Source of the DNA: Methylotenera sp.
GTDB taxonomy: Bacteria > Pseudomonadota > Gammaproteobacteria > Burkholderiales > Methylophilaceae
Direction of reading: 5' to 3'
Length of the DNA stretch: 64,000 bases
Assembly (NCBI GenBank): GCA_014378495.1
Contig: JACMNP010000070.1
Coordinates: 1,297-65,296 of the forward strand
This document shows, in pieces, positions 58,188-64,000 of this stretch. How positions within the stretch are numbered: position 1 is the first letter of the stretch; each line of letters begins with the position of its first letter. Made by a program: the position numbers and the translations under genes. Under the pieces are notes generated by a model. It was not told where the DNA came from. It saw only the letters and a program-made list of their open reading frames with translations, and did not search any database.

Positions 58188-59207
58188 TCACTGAATAACC
58201 CCGCGTCTAACTCTGGGGTCAGCCCAGGCATAGGCAATATCCGCTAACAAATTACCAATCAAAGTAAGGATTGCACCTATCGTTAGAATACCCATAATGA
58301 CGGGAAAGTCTCGCATGAGTACCGCGTCATAGAATAATTTACCCATGCCCGGAATCGCAAAAATACTTTCCGCAATCACTGAACCACCGATCAGACCTGG
58401 AATACTTAAGCCAAAAATAGTGATAAGTGGTAGCAAGGCATTGCGTAGGGCATGACCATATACTACACGGTTTTCATGTAAGCCTTTAGCGCGAGCAGTA
58501 GTGATGTAATCCTGATGTAATACCTCTAACATGCCGTTACGCACAAAGAGGGATATGCCTGCTAAGCCAGTGATACCAGAAATAAACACAGGTAAAAACA
58601 GATGCTTCAACTTATCAGTAATCTGGGCATACCAGTGCATATGCTCATAGCCTAGACTTTCTAATCCTGAAATTGGCAACCAATTATGTTGCACGCCAGT
58701 CCAATACATGAGCATGAGCGCAACCCAAAAACCTGGAATCGCAAAGCCTATAAATACAAATAACGTAATACCACGATCTGCCAATTGATTTTGCTTAAGT
58801 GCAGAGACTACGCCCAGCGGCAGTGCTACTGCAATAATTAAAATTAGGCTGAGTACATTAATCAATAATGTGATTGGCAAGGCTTCTTGAATCATGCCTA
58901 GGCTAATATTCCCATCTTTGTCTTTAGTTTGCCAGAATACTGGACGTTGGTGTGAGGCAAACGAAGTGCCAAAGTCTAGCGTTGCCATGCGTTTCATCCA
59001 TAAACCATATTGCACAATTACAGGCTTATCTAAGCTATACAACTCACGTAGTTTTTGTCTAGACTCTTCACTAGCTTTAGGGTTGAAGCTAGCTTCGTTG
59101 GTGGTAATATCTCCAGGCGCTAAATGCATGATGAAAAATGAAATTAGACTAATTCCTATCAAGAGCGGAATCATCCATAAAAAACGTTTAAGTAGATAAA
59201 TAAGCAT
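58188..59207 (-). CDS. Peptide/nickel ABC transporter permease (OppB/DppB-like)
   Basis: LAPGD, DYITTARAKGL, HALRNALLP, ESIFAIPGMG, DPRVR. Confidence 0.93.
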   Translation of the reverse strand: MLIYLLKRFLWMIPLLIGISLISFFIMHLAPGDITTNEASFNPKASEESRQKLRELYSLDKPVIVQYGLWMKRMATLDFGTSFASHQRPVFWQTKDKDGNISLGMIQEALPITLLINVLSLILIIAVALPLGVVSALKQNQLADRGITLFVFIGFAIPGFWVALMLMYWTGVQHNWLPISGLESLGYEHMHWYAQITDKLKHLFLPVFISGITGLAGISLFVRNGMLEVLHQDYITTARAKGLHENRVVYGHALRNALLPLITIFGLSIPGLIGGSVIAESIFAIPGMGKLFYDAVLMRDFPVIMGILTIGAILTLIGNLLADIAYAWADPRVRRGVIQ

Positions 59208-59272
59208 GCTGTAAATGGCTCACTAAATAATTACACATAGAAAATATTGATTCATATCATTAGTGTTCACTA

Positions 59273-60949
59273 TTAATGCTCACTGATTTCAGTACGCGCA
59301 TAATTTTTAGGAATATACCATTCGTAGGTATTATGGCCGATGCCCGCTGGCGGTGCTGGGTTGCTGATTCCTCTAACACGCTTATGAATCGCAGTCAGCC
59401 CATAGCCAGCAGATAAAAACACAATAGGGCTATCTTCTAGCAATATTTTTGAAAATTCATGATAAATTTTCATGCGTTTATCAGGGTCAAGCTCTAGTCT
59501 GCCTGCTTCTAACAACTTATCGACAAGTGGATTATTGTAGCTAATAAAATTAAACTGCCCTGGTGCTTGCTGACTAGAGTGCCAAATACTATATTGATCT
59601 GGGTCTAGCGATAAGCTCCAGCCTAATACAACCACATCGAATTCTTTTGGTTTAATAAAACGGCCTAGAAAACTAGCCCATTCTAATACACGAATATTGG
59701 CATCAATCCCTATCTCTTTAAGTCGGCGCTGTATTAATACGCCTGTCATTTCACGTTCTTTGTTTTGGTTAGTTAAAATTTCAAAAGTAAATGGTTTGCC
59801 ATCTTTATCTAAAATGCCATCTCCATCATGGTCTTCGTAACCAGCCGCTTTTAATAAAGCCTTAGCTTTATTGGGGTCATATGGGTAGGGTTTTAGTGCA
59901 GGATTGCTCCAGCGTGTGCCAGGCTTATAAGGCGATGCGACAGGCTCACCTAATCCTAATAGCACGCCGTCGATAATTTCTTGCTTGTTGATAGCATAGT
60001 TAATTGCTTGTCTTACGCGCACATCATCAAATGGTTTGCGTTTGAGGTTAAAGCCTAAATAAGTATAACTATTACCGAGTTCTTTATATAAGGCTATGTT
60101 TTTATTAAGTTCAGGTCTGGCGGGGAATATTCTGGCATATTGAATTGGGTTCAATCCCATAAAGTCAATGTTGTCGGCGCTAAGCTCTAAAAACTGTGCA
60201 GCTTTATCGGGAATAATACGGGAAAGCAGGGAGTCAATTTTAGCTTGACCTTGCGATGCATTGACGTTGCGTGTCAGTCTAAGGTATTGCCCATTTTTCC
60301 AATTATCTAACTTATAGTAATGACTACCCACGGGGTTTCGCGCAAACGCAGTGGTGTTAATGTCTTGGTCTTTAAGTAAATGTTTGGGCAGAATGTGTAA
60401 CCCAGCCCAAGTATCTAGCGCTGGCGCATATGGCGCAGCATAGGTCACGCGAAACGTGCTTGCATCTGGTGCTTCTGCTTTAGTGACTAACTTGAAATCA
60501 GAACCGTAGGGCGTACGTGTTTTTTCATCAGTGACTTTTTGCCATGTAAATAAAACATCATCACTGGTTAATGGCTGATTATCTGCCCATTTAAGGTTAG
60601 GTTTTAGATGGAAGGTAATGGTTTTTTGATCTTTGGAAACTTCCCATGATTGCGCCAATTCACCTGTTAAATCTAAGTTCTTATCATATTTAAGTAGGCT
60701 ATTAAATATATTGCTGGCAATCGCTGATGCTGCAGATTCTCCTGCGATCATTGCTATTAGGCCGCTGGGTTCACCAGTCATAGCGTCTATAAGCGTACCA
60801 CCATCGTTTGGGGGGTAGTTTTTACTGTAGTCAATCGTGTTAGTTGATAGATGGTTAGATGTCGACTCTCCACAACTAATCATTAATAACGAAATCAGCG
60901 TGATGAACGCTATTTTTCTCAAATTGTGTTGTCGACTGAGCCTCAGCAT
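59273..60949 (-). CDS. Peptide ABC transporter substrate-binding lipoprotein (SBP family 5)
   Basis: Lipobox MISC; GELAQSWEVS, DDVLFTW, FDDVRVRQAI, AKALLKAAG. Confidence 0.93.
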   Translation of the reverse strand: MLRLSRQHNLRKIAFITLISLLMISCGESTSNHLSTNTIDYSKNYPPNDGGTLIDAMTGEPSGLIAMIAGESAASAIASNIFNSLLKYDKNLDLTGELAQSWEVSKDQKTITFHLKPNLKWADNQPLTSDDVLFTWQKVTDEKTRTPYGSDFKLVTKAEAPDASTFRVTYAAPYAPALDTWAGLHILPKHLLKDQDINTTAFARNPVGSHYYKLDNWKNGQYLRLTRNVNASQGQAKIDSLLSRIIPDKAAQFLELSADNIDFMGLNPIQYARIFPARPELNKNIALYKELGNSYTYLGFNLKRKPFDDVRVRQAINYAINKQEIIDGVLLGLGEPVASPYKPGTRWSNPALKPYPYDPNKAKALLKAAGYEDHDGDGILDKDGKPFTFEILTNQNKEREMTGVLIQRRLKEIGIDANIRVLEWASFLGRFIKPKEFDVVVLGWSLSLDPDQYSIWHSSQQAPGQFNFISYNNPLVDKLLEAGRLELDPDKRMKIYHEFSKILLEDSPIVFLSAGYGLTAIHKRVRGISNPAPPAGIGHNTYEWYIPKNYARTEISEH

Positions 60950-60973
60950 ACGATTAGTTGTAAATAAATACTA

Positions 60974-62794
60974 TCATTTTTTTTGCGCAGACTTGGCGGT
61001 AGATGGTTTGCGCTTAGTCTTAACTTGTTTAACACTTGTTTTTGAATGTGGATTCATTTTTTTAGTGACTGGATTCTTAATATTCAATTTTTTGTTACTT
61101 TGTTTGGTTTTCGTTTGAGCCTCAGATTGTGCGGAAGCATCAGTTTCTTTAGTAATTGTAAGCGACTGGCCTAATTTCACTCGGCTATTTTTAAGCGAAT
61201 TTGTTTTCATAATCTGCTTTACGGTCACGCCAAAACGTTTAGCGATAATTTGCATATTCTCGCCTTTTTTAACTTTATATGTGACGCTTTTGGGCTTGGC
61301 AGGTTCAATTTCATCTTTACTATTTGTAAGACTGCTAGCGACATTGTTTTGAGCGCTATTTAGATCAATATTATCTGAATCTTGTTTAGCACTATAATTA
61401 TCATTAGGTTCATTAGTGGTACTTAGTGCTAAGTCTTTATTTGCATTAGTTTTTGGGCTGTTAAAGTCGGCACGATTGCCATTTGGTACTAAAATAGTTG
61501 AGGAATTTTTGATTTTCTTTTGTGCAGGTAAGTTATTGACATCACGCAATACCCCAACTTGAATGCCAAACTTAGTCGCAATATTCTCCATACGTTCGCC
61601 GCGCTTAGCGAAATATGTTTGCCAACTGACTAGAGGTTTGTTGTAGCTCGCTAAATTGTTTCTAAAAGTTTGAGCAGATGTGATGGGTAATAGCAACTCA
61701 TGTTTGCCCCCGCTACTGGTAATCACTGGGCGGTTGTAACTTGGGTTTAATGCGAGAAATTCATCATCAGTAATTTCGGCAAGCTTTGCGGCAAGATGAG
61801 CATCAATCTGTGGTGGTGCTGTTACTTTTGCAAAGTAGGCAGTATTAGCAATCGTTTGAATTTTAAGGCCATAATTGCCAGGATTTGTCATTAAGTTTTT
61901 AATGGCCTGTAATTTAGGTACGTAGTTTTTAGTTTCAGGCGGTAAGTTCAAACTCTCATAATCAGTAGGCAGCCCTAATTTACGATTGCGTTCTATCGCA
62001 CGTCCAACCGTGCCCTCACCAGCGTTATAAGCAGCTAATGCTAAATCCCATGCGCCAAACATGGTATGTAACTTTTCTAGGTAAGTAAGCGCAGCATCGG
62101 TAGCAAACGTCACGTTACGTCTATTATCTACCCACCAATTTTGTTTAAGTCCGAAGTTTTTGCCAGTTGATGGAATAAATTGCCATATACCAGAGGCTCG
62201 ACCACTAGAATAGGCTTGTGGATTATAAGCACTTTCTATCATCGGCAATAGGGCGATTTCAGTAGGCATGCCCCGTTTTTCTACTTCTTCAACGATATGA
62301 AATAAGTATTTCTGGCTACGTTCTACCATGCGTCTTACATAATCTGGACGTGAGCTATACCAGCTTTCGTGATTTGCAACGAGTGGCGAAGTGGAATCTG
62401 GCATTGCGTAACCATCTTTAATGCGTTGCCATAAGTCATCATTACTAATGATGACCAGATCTTGCTGCTCAATATTCTCAGCCTGATCAGTACTATGAAT
62501 TTGATTGTCTAGGGAGTCGCCAAGTCTACCTCTATTTAAATTAGTGCCTGTATTTCGGTCATTAGGCTTTATACCATTTAATAGATCGCTATTTAAATCT
62601 TTGCTTGTTGATTCTCTGGCACCAATATCTTTCGCACCCAAATCTTTAGCCCCTATATCTTTAGGTGCAGGTTTGAAAGTATCGTCGGCGAAAATAGTGA
62701 TTTCTTCACCAGCAACGTTAGATTCAGCATAAGATAAATTGCTATTCAATACTGCAATTGCAATTAATCCAGCACAGAGTAAATTTTTAATCAC
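60974..62794 (-). CDS. mltD: Lytic murein transglycosylase with LysM domains (MltD-like)
   Basis: LPMIES (catalytic Glu), GIWQFIPSTG, LAAYNAGEG, ETKNYVPK; LysM YKVKKGENMQIIAKRFGV; adjacent to gloB. Confidence 0.92.
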   Translation of the reverse strand: MIKNLLCAGLIAIAVLNSNLSYAESNVAGEEITIFADDTFKPAPKDIGAKDLGAKDIGARESTSKDLNSDLLNGIKPNDRNTGTNLNRGRLGDSLDNQIHSTDQAENIEQQDLVIISNDDLWQRIKDGYAMPDSTSPLVANHESWYSSRPDYVRRMVERSQKYLFHIVEEVEKRGMPTEIALLPMIESAYNPQAYSSGRASGIWQFIPSTGKNFGLKQNWWVDNRRNVTFATDAALTYLEKLHTMFGAWDLALAAYNAGEGTVGRAIERNRKLGLPTDYESLNLPPETKNYVPKLQAIKNLMTNPGNYGLKIQTIANTAYFAKVTAPPQIDAHLAAKLAEITDDEFLALNPSYNRPVITSSGGKHELLLPITSAQTFRNNLASYNKPLVSWQTYFAKRGERMENIATKFGIQVGVLRDVNNLPAQKKIKNSSTILVPNGNRADFNSPKTNANKDLALSTTNEPNDNYSAKQDSDNIDLNSAQNNVASSLTNSKDEIEPAKPKSVTYKVKKGENMQIIAKRFGVTVKQIMKTNSLKNSRVKLGQSLTITKETDASAQSEAQTKTKQSNKKLNIKNPVTKKMNPHSKTSVKQVKTKRKPSTAKSAQKK

Positions 62795-62967
62795 GCGAAT
62801 AAATGTCTATGGAATAATGGGATGATTGGTGTTGATGCATGACGAGTGCGTACAGAAACTACATTAAACTTGTTAGCGCTAATCTTCATAATACTGAAAC
62901 ATAGTACTGAAAATAGAAGTCAAAAGTCAAGTAAAAGTTACTTCACATATACGCGCTATATTGATGA

Positions 62968-63762
62968 TTAGTAATGGTTTCTCAATTCTCTTATGGCAGT
63001 GAAAACTTGTAGATGCGATGCGTTTGGTTGTTGAATCGATGACTTAATTGCACTGTTATCACAACGTAAAAAAGGGTTGGTTGCAAGCTCTAAAGCGATA
63101 GTAGACGGTAAACTAGGCTTTTGCAAATCTCGCAATGCTAGTGTAGTTTGTTGTCGTAAAATGAGTGCTTGGTTATCAGGTTCCAATGTCAGCGCAAAGT
63201 TAATATTGTGCATTGTATATTCGTGTGTGCAATATACTTTTGTATCTTGTGGCAATGCAGCTAGCTTTTGCAGTGAAGCAAACATTTGTTCAGGTGTGCC
63301 TTCAAATAATCGCCCGCAACCCGCACCAAATAATGTGTCTCCGCAAAAAAGTATATTTTGTGCGTTCTCCTCATCTTCTGCATAATAAGCAACATGACCT
63401 AATGTGTGTCCTGGCAAACTAATTACTTTGAGCTTGAGATTAAACGCAGTGATGTCAAGAATTTCAGTCTCGTCCACGGTTAGGTGCTTAAAGCCGTACT
63501 GCTCTAGTTTAGGGGCATACACTTTTACGTTTGGATATGCTTCAATCAATCTGGCGACTCCACCTATGTGATCGTGATGGTGGTGTGTAATTAAAATAGT
63601 ATGTAGGTGCAAGTTAAGGTTTTTAACAACCTCAAATACAGGCGTAGCATCACCTGGGTCCACAACAACAGCGTTATTGCTATCGTGCAGTAGCCATATA
63701 TAATTATCCTTAAATGCAGGAATAGGTATAATTTGTAGATTATGTTTCATATCATCTATCAT
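62968..63762 (-). CDS. gloB: Hydroxyacylglutathione hydrolase (glyoxalase II)
   Basis: DNYIW, THHHHDHIGG, PGHTLGH, FCGDTLFGAGCGRLFEG, HEYT, NPFLR. Confidence 0.96.
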   Translation of the reverse strand: MIDDMKHNLQIIPIPAFKDNYIWLLHDSNNAVVVDPGDATPVFEVVKNLNLHLHTILITHHHHDHIGGVARLIEAYPNVKVYAPKLEQYGFKHLTVDETEILDITAFNLKLKVISLPGHTLGHVAYYAEDEENAQNILFCGDTLFGAGCGRLFEGTPEQMFASLQKLAALPQDTKVYCTHEYTMHNINFALTLEPDNQALILRQQTTLALRDLQKPSLPSTIALELATNPFLRCDNSAIKSSIQQPNASHLQVFTAIRELRNHY

Positions 63763-63804
63763 TTGTGCAGACGCTTAAAATGTCAATAGAAGTTAATTGT
63801 TAAT

Positions 63805-64000
63805 ATGATGCACTTACAAGATGCTTGGGAAGGCCAACAAAGCTGGTTTAATTCAACTGTAGGTCAGTATTTGCAAGTCAATGAACAAGCTTTATACGAT
63901 AGAGCTGTATTTGATTTATTTGGCTTTAATGCACTGCAAATGGGTGAGTCACGCATGGATTTGTTGCGCAACTCACGCATTCCAAATTGTTATAAAGCTG
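63805..64000 (+). CDS. Class I SAM-dependent methyltransferase (YafS-like), runs off the window end
   Basis: Manual translation MMHLQDAWEGQQSWFNSTVGQYLQVNEQALYDRAVFDLFGFNALQMG; divergent from gloB, as in the usual mltD-gloB-yafS arrangement. Confidence 0.8.
   Translation, partial: MMHLQDAWEGQQSWFNSTVGQYLQVNEQALYDRAVFDLFGFNALQMGESRMDLLRNSRIPNCYKA

Noticed and set aside
1-64000. tRNA, rRNA, CRISPR arrays, transposases, integrases or prophage genes
   Set aside because: None recognised by eye; a short structured RNA could have been missed without covariance-model searches.

Overview
AT-rich bacterial chromosome segment. Gene content and order (epsL-D-E-F-G-xrtB-epsI; ppiD/fabI/mltD/gloB/yafS) suggest a betaproteobacterium, probably Methylophilaceae (inference). 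About 1-17.1 kb: a two-partner secretion pair (TpsB and a 3403-aa filamentous-haemagglutinin-type TpsA), followed by an unusual Ton-type motor (lectin-domain ExbB, two ExbD, TonB-like protein), a large porin and a coiled-coil protein. About 17.2-38.9 kb: an exosortase-B/PEP-CTERM-linked exopolysaccharide locus with a CAAX-type protease, EpsL/D/E/F/G, XrtB, EpsI, a flippase-pyruvyltransferase fusion, glycosyltransferases, Wzy, an acetyltransferase and a GH-A hydrolase. It is interrupted by an 800-bp non-coding gap carrying clustered DnaA boxes and IHF sites. About 39-45.5 kb: three PEP-CTERM proteins, a rhomboid protease and a CBS-GGDEF-EAL protein. About 46-54 kb: LysR, an RND efflux system and two small genes. 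About 54-64 kb: housekeeping genes. Best candidate for an undescribed system: the Tps + Ton motor + porin module joined to the PEP-CTERM/EPS locus, which shares recurring promoter elements with it (pho-box-like 11-bp repeats and an ATAGTCC-N4-GGACTAT palindrome). All calls come from reading motifs by eye; no database searches were run.
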